The position numbers were made by a program, and so were the translations under genes. This document shows positions 24,875 through 33,105 of a stretch of 64,000 nucleotides of DNA, piece by piece. Below the pieces are notes generated by a model. It was not told where the DNA came from and did not search any database. It was given only the letters and a program-made list of their open reading frames with translations. The stretch is from Nitrospirota bacterium. GTDB taxonomy: Bacteria; Nitrospirota; Thermodesulfovibrionia; Thermodesulfovibrionales; JdFR-85. The stretch lies in assembly GCA_015492645.1 (NCBI GenBank), contig WGER01000044.1, positions 12,046 through 76,045 on the forward strand, given 5' to 3'. Each line of letters begins with the position of its first letter. Positions within the stretch are counted from its first letter, which is position 1.

Positions 24875-25239
24875 CTTATCTGCCTCCAGGCATCCAGCAG
24901 TATCTTGAACAGTTCTATTATATGCTGTATTCTTGACAGGTCGTCAGAGACATTGGCGTGAGTCAATTCTCTTAACATGTAGATATACAGGGATTGCAGG
25001 TTGGTAGAGACCTCACCCCCTACGTTATGGTCAAGGGATTTGAGGAGTTCCTCAACAATGGAGATCACCCTGCAGATGAGTCTGGCCTTTTCCGCCCTGT
25101 TGCCCATCTTCACTGCATCGACGGCCCTTTCAAGAAACTCTATCGCCCCCTCATAAAGCATTATGATGAGATCCAGAGGCGACTCTGTGGTATTTACCAT
25201 GGTGCTCCTGTATGCCCTTTCCGCGTACTGCAGGTTCAT
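24871..25239 (-). CDS. fliS: Flagellin chaperone FliS
   Basis: 122-aa four-helix protein. YRSTMVNTTESPLDLIIMLYEGAIEFL is typical of FliS. Position after fliD. Confidence 0.9.
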   Translation of the reverse strand: MNLQYAERAYRSTMVNTTESPLDLIIMLYEGAIEFLERAVDAVKMGNRAEKARLICRVISIVEELLKSLDHNVGGEVSTNLQSLYIYMLRELTHANVSDDLSRIQHIIELFKILLDAWRQIR

Positions 25240-26657
25240 CGCTTGTCTCCCACGATCTTTGATATGTTGTTCAGTTGCTGGCTCACATAGTTGCTTTCGT
25301 TCTGTAGTCTTGCCAGGGTCTGTTCAAGAAGGTAGAACCTCTGTCTCAGCCCCTCTTCAATCATCTGAAGTCTTAATTCCATACTGTCTGCCCTCTCCTG
25401 CAGGTACCTCTTTGAACTCTGAAGCCCCTCTGTCTTGGCAGGTATAATCTCGGAGAGGTAGTTATCAAGCATTGAGTAAAATTCCTCTGCCATATCGTGT
25501 ATCGTCTCTATCACCTCATCTGGAGACTCTGACAGGACATCCTCTAATACAGATTCATCAAACTGCAAATTACCCTGTCTGTCGTGGGTTATTCCCAATG
25601 AGACGAGTGTCCTGCCGTTAAACTCCCTTACAGTTATATCCCTTAAGGAAGAGGTTATCCTGCTCAGAAGGGCTTCTGTATAAAGAGGCCCCTGATTGTC
25701 CTTCGTCCCCTTCAGATTGCCAGCGGTGGCGACCAACTGGTTATAGGCAGAAACGAAGGCGTTCAGTTTATTTCGTAGGGTCTGGTTATCTTCTGAAATC
25801 GTTAGCGTGAGTGACTGACCGTTACTCTCCTTCAAGAGGTTTATGGTGACACCGGTAATAAGGTCTGATATGGAGTTACTGGACCTGGTAACGGTAAGTC
25901 CGTCCACTACAACTTCCGCATCCCTTGCTGCTATGGACTGTAGCATCTGCTGTACACCACCCTGGGGGTTGCCGTCCTGGTCGTATGAGCCGGGATTAAA
26001 GGCGAGGCGTGAGAGTCCTGTGGCATCAGTCTCTGAGGCCTCTTCAAATACACCGTCATTGTCTTCATCCACCTGCACAGTGATAGTATTGGATGCACCT
26101 GTGTTTGTGGCGGTGAGGATAAGCCTGTATCCAGTCCCGTCATTTACAACAGATGCCCTCAGGGGAAGGGCCGAGTCGTTTATTGCATCCCTGATCCCCG
26201 CGAGGGTGTTGTTTGAGGAGTCAATGGTGATTGTTATGGGCTCTGAACTGCCGACCTGTATCTTTAACCTCTGCTGGGGGCTGACTGAAAGGTCTGCCAC
26301 TGGCTCATTCTCGGAGGTGAACGTCTCGGAATAGAGGGATTGGGCCTGTGCAAGTCTGTTTACCACAATCCTGTAGGTGCCTTCAGAGGCGGAGGGAGTG
26401 GCAGTGGCGGAAAGCACTGTCATGTCTGAGGAGGTGGCAGTCATACCGAGCAGTTCGGTATCCCTGAGGTCTTTAACCGCATCCTTCAAGGTAGAAAGGA
26501 CACTTGTGAGGGTACCTACTGCACTGATCTTCTGGTTGTAGTCCTCGATTCTCTGTTGCAGTCTCTGTAGGGGGACCATTTCAATGGCCATTAACTGGGA
26601 CACCAACTGGTCAAAGTTTATGCCACTTGTTATGCCTATCGTACTGGCCAGAGACAT
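25236..26657 (-). CDS. fliD: Flagellar filament cap FliD
   Basis: N-terminal GINFDQLVSQLMAIE...PL and a C-terminal coiled coil (RFYLLEQTLARLQ), typical of FliD. Confidence 0.9.
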   Translation of the reverse strand: MSLASTIGITSGINFDQLVSQLMAIEMVPLQRLQQRIEDYNQKISAVGTLTSVLSTLKDAVKDLRDTELLGMTATSSDMTVLSATATPSASEGTYRIVVNRLAQAQSLYSETFTSENEPVADLSVSPQQRLKIQVGSSEPITITIDSSNNTLAGIRDAINDSALPLRASVVNDGTGYRLILTATNTGASNTITVQVDEDNDGVFEEASETDATGLSRLAFNPGSYDQDGNPQGGVQQMLQSIAARDAEVVVDGLTVTRSSNSISDLITGVTINLLKESNGQSLTLTISEDNQTLRNKLNAFVSAYNQLVATAGNLKGTKDNQGPLYTEALLSRITSSLRDITVREFNGRTLVSLGITHDRQGNLQFDESVLEDVLSESPDEVIETIHDMAEEFYSMLDNYLSEIIPAKTEGLQSSKRYLQERADSMELRLQMIEEGLRQRFYLLEQTLARLQNESNYVSQQLNNISKIVGDKR

Positions 26658-26658
26658 C

Positions 26659-26988
26659 TCACACCCCTAATTTAAAGAGATTTTCCATCGCCTTCTTCAG
26701 ATTCCGCATCATGGCTATGTACTCTTCTGGTGGGATCTGTCTGAGTAGTTTCCCCTCTCTGTCAACAATCTTTATAACCACATTGCCATCTTCATCGAGA
26801 CTGAAGTAGGCAGTCGTGTTGAAGGGGAGTTGGACCTCCTTCTGAGACGATGCCCTTCTGGTGCTGGACCTGGTGTTAAATTCCCTTGCACTGTCCACTC
26901 CGTTGCCAGTGGCACCGTCTACATCAGAGGGACCTTTATTGCCCCTTATCACCACTGCCTGACCTATTTCCTTCAGCCTTATATCCAT
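26659..26988 (-). CDS. flaG: FlaG family protein
   Basis: 109 aa. C-terminal FSLDEDGNVVIKIVDREGKLLRQIPPEEYIAM matches the FlaG family. Position between fliC and fliD. Confidence 0.8.
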   Translation of the reverse strand: MDIRLKEIGQAVVIRGNKGPSDVDGATGNGVDSAREFNTRSSTRRASSQKEVQLPFNTTAYFSLDEDGNVVIKIVDREGKLLRQIPPEEYIAMMRNLKKAMENLFKLGV

Positions 26989-26999
26989 CTGTCTTTAAT

Positions 27000-27019
27000 G
27001 GGAGGGGTTACCCCCTCCC
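27000..27019 (-). terminator. GC-rich hairpin between fliC and flaG (possible partial terminator/attenuator)
   Basis: On minus-strand RNA: GGGAGGGG-guaa-CCCCUCCC followed by AUUAAAG (weak U tract). It lies in the 37-nt fliC-flaG gap. Confidence 0.35.
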
Positions 27020-27025
27020 TGCCTC

Positions 27026-28498
27026 TTACCTTCCTCCCAGAAGTGCCAGGACATTCTGGGGGATGGTGTTTGCCTGTGCAAGCACAGAGATACCTGCCTG
27101 CTGCAGTATCAGTGCCCTTGTAAGATTTGCAGTCTCTACAGCATAATCAGCGTCCATTATCCTCGACTTTGCAGCAGACATATTCTCCCTGATGTTCTCC
27201 AGGTTTCTGATGACCGATTCAAACCTGTTCAGTTTTGCTCCTATTACAGCCCTCTCAGCGTTTATGGTCTCCATCGCCTCCTTAACCGCGAGCATTGTGA
27301 GGTTTGCCTCCGCAGCGCTGGTCACCACCATTGCATTGACCGAGGCATCGGAGAGGTTCTCAGTGGTGTCTGTGGTGTCGCCTGTGAATGCCCCGGCTGT
27401 GGTGGAGGCGTCAAATGTGACCGTATTGTTGCCAAGGGACTGGTTTAACACTATCGCTCCGTTGGCTCCTGCGTCCACTGATGTGGTCCCATCTGAGAAG
27501 AAGGTGGTGATGTCTGAGTCAACGGTAGAGTTGGCAGTCACAGTTATAGCAGCACCATTACGGTTTATGAGCACTATCCTGCTGTTTGTGGTATCATTGA
27601 CTGCAATCACACCGTGCTGGGCAGTCTTGGCATTGATTGCATCTACCAGGTTGTCTGCTGTGGCAGATACGTCAAGACCAGCACTGACCGCATCGATGCT
27701 TATCCCGTTCACCACAAGGGCGCCTGCTGCAATGTCGGCTGCCGCACCTCCTGAGTAGTCAAGGCCGATCAGCCCATTTCCATAGACAAACGCGGTGACG
27801 CCCGTACTGGATGAGTACTGATTCAAGAGATTCACCTTCTCAACCGCATTGGTCCCTGAGGAGATCGCACTACTGCTAATCTGGACGTCGTTTACTGTGG
27901 GGGTCCCGGATGTGGCCGTCAGATACTGAGTTGCAATCCTGTTTGCGAGAGTGGCATCGTCGAGGTTGGCAATATTGTAGTAGTTTGAGGCAACACCCAT
28001 CGAACTGGGTGAGAGGTTACTGATGGAGATGTTAATGGTTTCATTCACCTCAACGCCCACCTGGATGTCAGCAGAGAAGAGCCCGGTGAAGAGTTTTTCC
28101 CCGTTGTAACGGGTCTGGTTAACAGTCCTGCTCAGTTCGTCAATCAGTTGCTGGACCTCCTGATTCATCGAGGACCTGTCCAGATTGGTGTTATAACTGG
28201 CTGCCTGAACCGCCAGTTCGTAAATCCTCTGCAGGGCGTTGGTCATCTCGTCAATGGCACCCTCTGCCGTCTGCAGGATTGAAAGTCCATCATTTGCATT
28301 CCGGATGGCCACGGTCATGCCCCGAATGTTTCTCTCCATCCTGGTGCTTATTGCAAGCCCTGCAGCATCGTCCTTTGCTGAGTTGATCCTTAATCCAGAG
28401 GACAGCCTCTGCAGCGCTACCTGGAGTACCCCCTGTGACCTGTTTAGGTTTCTCTGGGCATTAAGTGAAGGTATGTTTGTGTTGATGACAAGGGCCAT
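27026..28498 (-). CDS. fliC: Flagellin
   Basis: Conserved N-terminus MALVINTNIPSLNAQRNL...LSSGLRINSAKDDAAG and C-terminus LQQAGISVLAQANTIPQNVLALL. Confidence 0.95.
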   Translation of the reverse strand: MALVINTNIPSLNAQRNLNRSQGVLQVALQRLSSGLRINSAKDDAAGLAISTRMERNIRGMTVAIRNANDGLSILQTAEGAIDEMTNALQRIYELAVQAASYNTNLDRSSMNQEVQQLIDELSRTVNQTRYNGEKLFTGLFSADIQVGVEVNETINISISNLSPSSMGVASNYYNIANLDDATLANRIATQYLTATSGTPTVNDVQISSSAISSGTNAVEKVNLLNQYSSSTGVTAFVYGNGLIGLDYSGGAAADIAAGALVVNGISIDAVSAGLDVSATADNLVDAINAKTAQHGVIAVNDTTNSRIVLINRNGAAITVTANSTVDSDITTFFSDGTTSVDAGANGAIVLNQSLGNNTVTFDASTTAGAFTGDTTDTTENLSDASVNAMVVTSAAEANLTMLAVKEAMETINAERAVIGAKLNRFESVIRNLENIRENMSAAKSRIMDADYAVETANLTRALILQQAGISVLAQANTIPQNVLALLGGR

Positions 28499-28503
28499 CT
28501 TCT

Positions 28504-28535
28504 TCCTCCCTGAATCTTTTTGGGCTTCCGTGCCC
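28504..28535 (-). promoter_or_regulatory. Candidate CsrA binding sites in the flagellin 5' UTR
   Basis: In the mRNA, GGGC-ACGGAA-GCCC forms a hairpin with GGA in the loop (28522-28535). CAGGGAGGA overlaps the SD (28504-28512). Confidence 0.35.
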
Positions 28536-28618
28536 TCTGCAGGCCACGCCTGCCTTCAGGGTCAGGCATCTTCCTCTTCGTCCTCACCTCCTTTCCCGCC
28601 TTTTTTTGACCCCACTTT

Positions 28619-28648
28619 TTATTTCGGATGAGAGGAAAAAAACTTTAG
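28619..28648 (-). promoter_or_regulatory. Sigma-28 (FliA) promoter of flagellin
   Basis: Minus strand reads CTAAAGTT-12 nt-TCCGAAATAA, close to the TAAAGTTT-N11-GCCGATAA consensus. This gives a leader of about 110 nt. Confidence 0.7.
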
Positions 28649-28671
28649 GGTGGTATTGATGTGTCAAAAGA

Positions 28672-28699
28672 TTGACTTTGGAGTGGATATTGGTAGAAA
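28672..28699 (+). promoter_or_regulatory. Candidate sigma-70 promoter of the first sigma-54 activator gene
   Basis: TTGACT (28672-77), 16-nt spacer, TAGAAA (28694-99), 10 nt before the ATG at 28709. Confidence 0.35.
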
Positions 28700-28708
28700 A
28701 TTTAAGAT

Positions 28709-30112
28709 ATGGTGAGGGTGATGATTGTTGATGATGATGAAACGGTAAGGGATGCGCTGAGGGTCTTTCTGGAATCAGAAGGTTTTGAGGTGGTAGAGGC
28801 GGCGTCCGCAGAAAAGGGACTTGAATTGCTGGGTTCAGAGGGGGCGGACCTCCTGCTGCTGGACATCGTGATGCCCGGGATGAGTGGTTTACAGATGCTG
28901 AAGGTTTTGCAGGAACGCAACATTACCGTGCCGGTAATAATGATTACCGCCTTCGGGAGCATTGAATCGGCCGTTGAGGCGATGAAACTTGGTGCCTACG
29001 ACTATGTAACTAAACCGCTAAACCTGGAAGAACTCCTTATAAGTATAAAGAGGGCCATAGACGTCTCCAGGTTGAGACTTGAGAATCTCTGGTTGAAGAG
29101 ACAACTCAGGCAAAAGTATCACTTCTCAGGATTGGTGGGTGACTCACCCAAGATGCAGGCACTCTTTGAGATGATAGAAAAGGTGGCAGACACTGACAGC
29201 CCTGTTCTGATCACAGGTGAAAGCGGAACCGGCAAGGAACTGGTTGCAAGGACAATACATTACTGTAGCAACAGGGCTGATGGTCCCTTTGTCCCTATAA
29301 ACTGCGCAGCCATTCCGAGGGAACTCTTTGAGTCAGAACTCTTCGGACATGAAAAGGGGGCCTTTACAGGTGCAGTGACCTCAAGAACGGGCCGTTTTGA
29401 ACTGGCCAACAACGGGACCCTCTTCCTTGATGAGATAAGTGAGATGGATCTCTCACTACAGGCAAAGTTGTTAAGGGTCGTACAGGAAAAGGAGGTAGAA
29501 AGGGTTGGCAGTGCAAAGAGGATAAAGGTGAATGTGAGGATCATTGCTGCAACGAACCAGGATCTGGAGAAGGCGGTGTCTGAGGGGAGGTTCAGAGAAG
29601 ACCTGTACTGGAGACTCAATGTTATCCCGATCTGTCTACCACCTTTAAGGGAGAGAAAAGAGGACATCCCCCTTCTGGTCAGCCACTTTGTCAAACAGAT
29701 CTCTGAGAGGCTCGGAAGACCCCCACTGGAGTTCCCTCCCGAGGTGATGGACTGCCTGTTGAACTACAACTGGCCTGGCAATGTAAGGGAACTGGAAAAC
29801 CTCGTGGAGAGATTGATGATTCTTGTCAGGAAGAGACGGGTGGACATAGAGGACCTTCCTGAAAAATTGAGACACCTGTCTGAGACAGGCGACAGGGCCA
29901 TAGGAAAGGTTCCTCAGGAAGTAATGGTCCCCGCCGACGGGGTGGATCTGAATCGCTTGCTGGAGGATATGGAAAGGAGATACATCCTTCAGGCACTTCA
30001 GAGGACCGGGGGCAACAGGAGCAGGGCCGCTGCCCTGCTGGGGTTGAACAGGACCACCCTGATAGAGAAGATGAAGAAGATGGGGATAGATATCCCCGCC
30101 AGAAGACGCTGA
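28709..30112 (+). CDS. Sigma-54-dependent response regulator (NtrC family; candidate master flagellar activator)
   Basis: Receiver (MIVDDDE...LLLLDIVMPGMSG), AAA+ domain with GESGTGKE and GAFTGA, and a C-terminal Fis-type HTH (NRSRAAALLGLNRTTL). Confidence 0.9.
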   Translation: MVRVMIVDDDETVRDALRVFLESEGFEVVEAASAEKGLELLGSEGADLLLLDIVMPGMSGLQMLKVLQERNITVPVIMITAFGSIESAVEAMKLGAYDYVTKPLNLEELLISIKRAIDVSRLRLENLWLKRQLRQKYHFSGLVGDSPKMQALFEMIEKVADTDSPVLITGESGTGKELVARTIHYCSNRADGPFVPINCAAIPRELFESELFGHEKGAFTGAVTSRTGRFELANNGTLFLDEISEMDLSLQAKLLRVVQEKEVERVGSAKRIKVNVRIIAATNQDLEKAVSEGRFREDLYWRLNVIPICLPPLRERKEDIPLLVSHFVKQISERLGRPPLEFPPEVMDCLLNYNWPGNVRELENLVERLMILVRKRRVDIEDLPEKLRHLSETGDRAIGKVPQEVMVPADGVDLNRLLEDMERRYILQALQRTGGNRSRAAALLGLNRTTLIEKMKKMGIDIPARRR

Positions 30113-30186
30113 CCACTCCCCGCCAAACCCGTCAAATGGATGACACCAAATAGCAATCTCTTTATTATTTATTAAGGGGTTATTTC

Positions 30187-30202
30187 AGGCACGATTATTG
30201 CT
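30187..30202 (+). promoter_or_regulatory. Sigma-54 promoter (aGGCAC-N5-TTGCT)
   Basis: AGGCACGATTATTGCT. GG and GC are at the correct -24/-12 spacing, 29 nt before the ATG at 30216. Confidence 0.6.
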
Positions 30203-30215
30203 ATGGGATTGAGGT

Positions 30216-31985
30216 ATGAGATCTCTGTGGCTGGTGATAGTGTTAACCATGCTGAATGTGGGTATCTGTACTGCCAATAACTCTTCACCGTTACAACTGG
30301 TAGAACAACTGGTCAATGAACACAGAGGATATGATGCCATAAATATTTTAAAGGTATATACTCCAGACAGCAAAGAGAGGTCCAAATATTATTATCTGTA
30401 TGCAAAGGCATCGGAAATGAACGGTAAATTCCATGAGGCAACCAACTACCTGAGACTCTCCTACCTTTATGCCCCTGAAACTGAGAGGGCCTCTCTCATG
30501 CTTCAGAGGGCGGAGTTGTCTTTAAGATTGAAGAGATTCCATGAGGCAGCCGCACTGCTCAAATTATTTATCATGTACTACCCAGAGCATGAGTTGCTGC
30601 AGACAGTTGAGTTTCTGCTGGCAGAGACTTACCGGAAGATCGGGCGATACAGGGATGCCCTTAGATACTACAGGCGGTTGGGCGAATCTACCGAGGTCCT
30701 CTTCGGGATTGCAAACACACTCCATCTCATGGGTAGATACAGAGAGGCTTATAAAATCTATCTCCCCCTGCTCCGTAAAGACAGGGATTATCTGTCCTCC
30801 TCTGAAGAGACCCGTCTCTATGTGGGTGAGAATCTGAAGGTGATTGGCAGACCTGAAGATGCAAGGCTTTACCTGTTGTCAGTTAAGGGGAGTCCGCTTC
30901 GTTACAGGGCCTACCTTGATCTTGCAGACATTACCCTTGCCCAGGACAAACCGAAGGAAGCGATAAGGAATCTTCAGTTGTGTCTGCTGTCTCCAGAGTG
31001 GGTAATAAGGAGAAAGGCCCTGGTAATGATGGCTGAGGCGAACATGATGCTCGGACGGGTTGAGGAGGCAAAGGCAAACCTGCTTGAGGTGAAACGGAAC
31101 TACCCGCCAGGGGTAGACTACGACAGGGCCTCTTTGCTTCTTACGAGACTGTACAGACAGGAAGGAAACATTGCTAAGGCGGAAAAGGAACTGAGACATC
31201 TCATCCTGAGGACCACTCCCTTTAAAGGAGCAATGAAGGAATTGAAAGAACTACTCCTTCAGGCAGGCAAGAGTGGAGGAGATGACTTCTTGGTATTATG
31301 GAGGAGGTACAGAAGGTTCCTTCTCAGACCATCTGAGGAGGGCTTTCTACTCAGAATGGCCTCTCTACTTAGCGATGAGACGATAGAGTACCACCACCTG
31401 TGGAGATGGTTATTTGAAAATGGGAGTGCCACTGTGAGAGAGAGGGCCGCCATCAGATTGGCCGATTTGTTTCTGAAGATAGGCGACACCAATCTGGCTC
31501 TGAGATATCTCAAGAAGGTGGAATCAGCCAGTGACGGCCACAGGAGGATGCTCTCAAGGGCGTATTATCTGAAAGGTGATTATGCAAGGGCATTCCGGGT
31601 CTTTCAAGGGATTAAGAGGTTTAGAAGACAGGACATCTCTCATGCCCTTAACCTTGCCCTGAGGTATAAAAGGGCAGTCTCCTTCTTTAGAAGGGTACTC
31701 AGAGAGGTCTCCCCAGATAGGGAGTACCTCGTTCCGATTGCTGACCTCTTTTACATAAATGGATACAGAAAGGAGGCCCTGAGGTACTACAGAATGGCTG
31801 TTACAGGGGGGGCAGAACCCCTGCAGGAGGACGAACGGTGGTGGGTGAGTTACAGGCTCGGCAGTCAGATGGATGTCTACCCCAGAGGCACATTGATGGT
31901 GGCCCTGTCAAGGGTCTTAAAGAAACAGCAGGAACTGGATGAAGAACTGAGGAGGGTTTTTTATGGATCTGGCCCTTCTAAATGA
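30216..31985 (+). CDS. Secreted tetratricopeptide-repeat (TPR) protein
   Basis: Signal peptide MRSLWLVIVLTMLNVGICTA, then repeated 34-aa helical-pair patterns (YY..A......G.....A...Y) through 589 aa. Confidence 0.7.
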   Translation: MRSLWLVIVLTMLNVGICTANNSSPLQLVEQLVNEHRGYDAINILKVYTPDSKERSKYYYLYAKASEMNGKFHEATNYLRLSYLYAPETERASLMLQRAELSLRLKRFHEAAALLKLFIMYYPEHELLQTVEFLLAETYRKIGRYRDALRYYRRLGESTEVLFGIANTLHLMGRYREAYKIYLPLLRKDRDYLSSSEETRLYVGENLKVIGRPEDARLYLLSVKGSPLRYRAYLDLADITLAQDKPKEAIRNLQLCLLSPEWVIRRKALVMMAEANMMLGRVEEAKANLLEVKRNYPPGVDYDRASLLLTRLYRQEGNIAKAEKELRHLILRTTPFKGAMKELKELLLQAGKSGGDDFLVLWRRYRRFLLRPSEEGFLLRMASLLSDETIEYHHLWRWLFENGSATVRERAAIRLADLFLKIGDTNLALRYLKKVESASDGHRRMLSRAYYLKGDYARAFRVFQGIKRFRRQDISHALNLALRYKRAVSFFRRVLREVSPDREYLVPIADLFYINGYRKEALRYYRMAVTGGAEPLQEDERWWVSYRLGSQMDVYPRGTLMVALSRVLKKQQELDEELRRVFYGSGPSK

Positions 31986-33105
31986 GGCCTTTGAAAACTT
32001 TACAAGGGCATCGGAGAGTCTGGAGAGATACTACAGGCAACTGCAACAAAAGGTGGTCTACCTCACCGAGCAGTTGGAGGAGAAGAACAGGGAACTCATC
32101 TCTGCCCTTCAGGAGGTAAAACAGCACAGGGACCTTTTGATGGCTGTGTTGAACAATCTCGAAGAGGCGGTTATGGTAGTGGATGATGGTGGTAATGTCA
32201 TTCTCATGAACCCCTCTGCAAAGAGGATTCTGGAGATAGAAAAAGAGGAAGAGGGTTTATCTCTTAATGAACTCGGTGTATCCATAGACACCATGACAGG
32301 AGAAGGCACACTCAGAGTAAATGGTAGGAGTTACCATGTAATGCTGTCAAGGTCACCATTGAGGTGGAACGGGTTGAAAGACGCAGAGGTGATACTGATA
32401 AGGGATATAACCAGACAGAAGGAGATGGAAGTCCATTATGAGAGGAACAAGAGGTTGATCTCGATGGGGGAGATGGCGGTAAAGATCGCCCATGAGATAA
32501 GAAATCCGCTCTGCAGTATGGAACTATTTGCCTCCATGCTCAAGCGAGAGGTATCTGAAGACAGGCAGAAAGGGCTTGTAGAGGGGATCCTGAAGGGGAT
32601 AAGAAGCCTCGAAAATATCCTTGCGAACATGCTCCTGTTCACAAAGAATCATACCGTGAGGTGGAGGGCCATAGAGATGAGGAGGTTTCTCTCTGATATG
32701 GTTGGTATATTGAGGCCGCTGGCTGAGTCAAAGGGTATCTGCCTGAAGGAGGATGTCTCGGTGCAGATGATATGGGCAGACCCTGACCTTCTGAAACAGG
32801 CCCTCATGAACATCCTCATAAACGGTATACAGGCAGAACCAGAAGGGGGCGAGGTGGTCATCAGGGCAGAAGAAAAGGCCGGGTATGCGGTCATCAGCAT
32901 AAAGGACAACGGTCCTGGCATAGACGACCAGCATATAGAGAGGATATTTGACCCCTTCTTTACCACCAAACAGAAGGGCACCGGGCTTGGGCTCACGATT
33001 GCAGAAAGGATTATTCAGGCCCATGGGGGAGTTATCCGTGTGAGCACCGGATCAGGTAAGGGTAGCATCTTCAGTTTATGGATACCACAGGAGAGAGAGA
33101 GATGA
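31963..33105 (+). CDS. Cytoplasmic PAS histidine kinase (FlrB/FleS-like)
   Basis: Coiled coil, PAS (LMAVLNNLEEAVMVVD), HisKA AHEIRNPL, HATPase GTGLGLTIAE. No TM segments. Overlaps the TPR gene by 23 nt. Confidence 0.85.
   Translation: MDLALLNEAFENFTRASESLERYYRQLQQKVVYLTEQLEEKNRELISALQEVKQHRDLLMAVLNNLEEAVMVVDDGGNVILMNPSAKRILEIEKEEEGLSLNELGVSIDTMTGEGTLRVNGRSYHVMLSRSPLRWNGLKDAEVILIRDITRQKEMEVHYERNKRLISMGEMAVKIAHEIRNPLCSMELFASMLKREVSEDRQKGLVEGILKGIRSLENILANMLLFTKNHTVRWRAIEMRRFLSDMVGILRPLAESKGICLKEDVSVQMIWADPDLLKQALMNILINGIQAEPEGGEVVIRAEEKAGYAVISIKDNGPGIDDQHIERIFDPFFTTKQKGTGLGLTIAERIIQAHGGVIRVSTGSGKGSIFSLWIPQERER

Noticed and set aside
27192-27758. 188-aa ORF antisense to flagellin. Similar antisense ORFs occur at 25843-26334 (fliD), 59167-59772 (flgI), 48689-49204 (fliQ/R), 15488-16021 (mazG/CDF) and 42193-42639 (flgD).
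   Set aside because: All lie wholly inside strongly supported conserved genes on the other strand. They lack RBSs and recognisable motifs.
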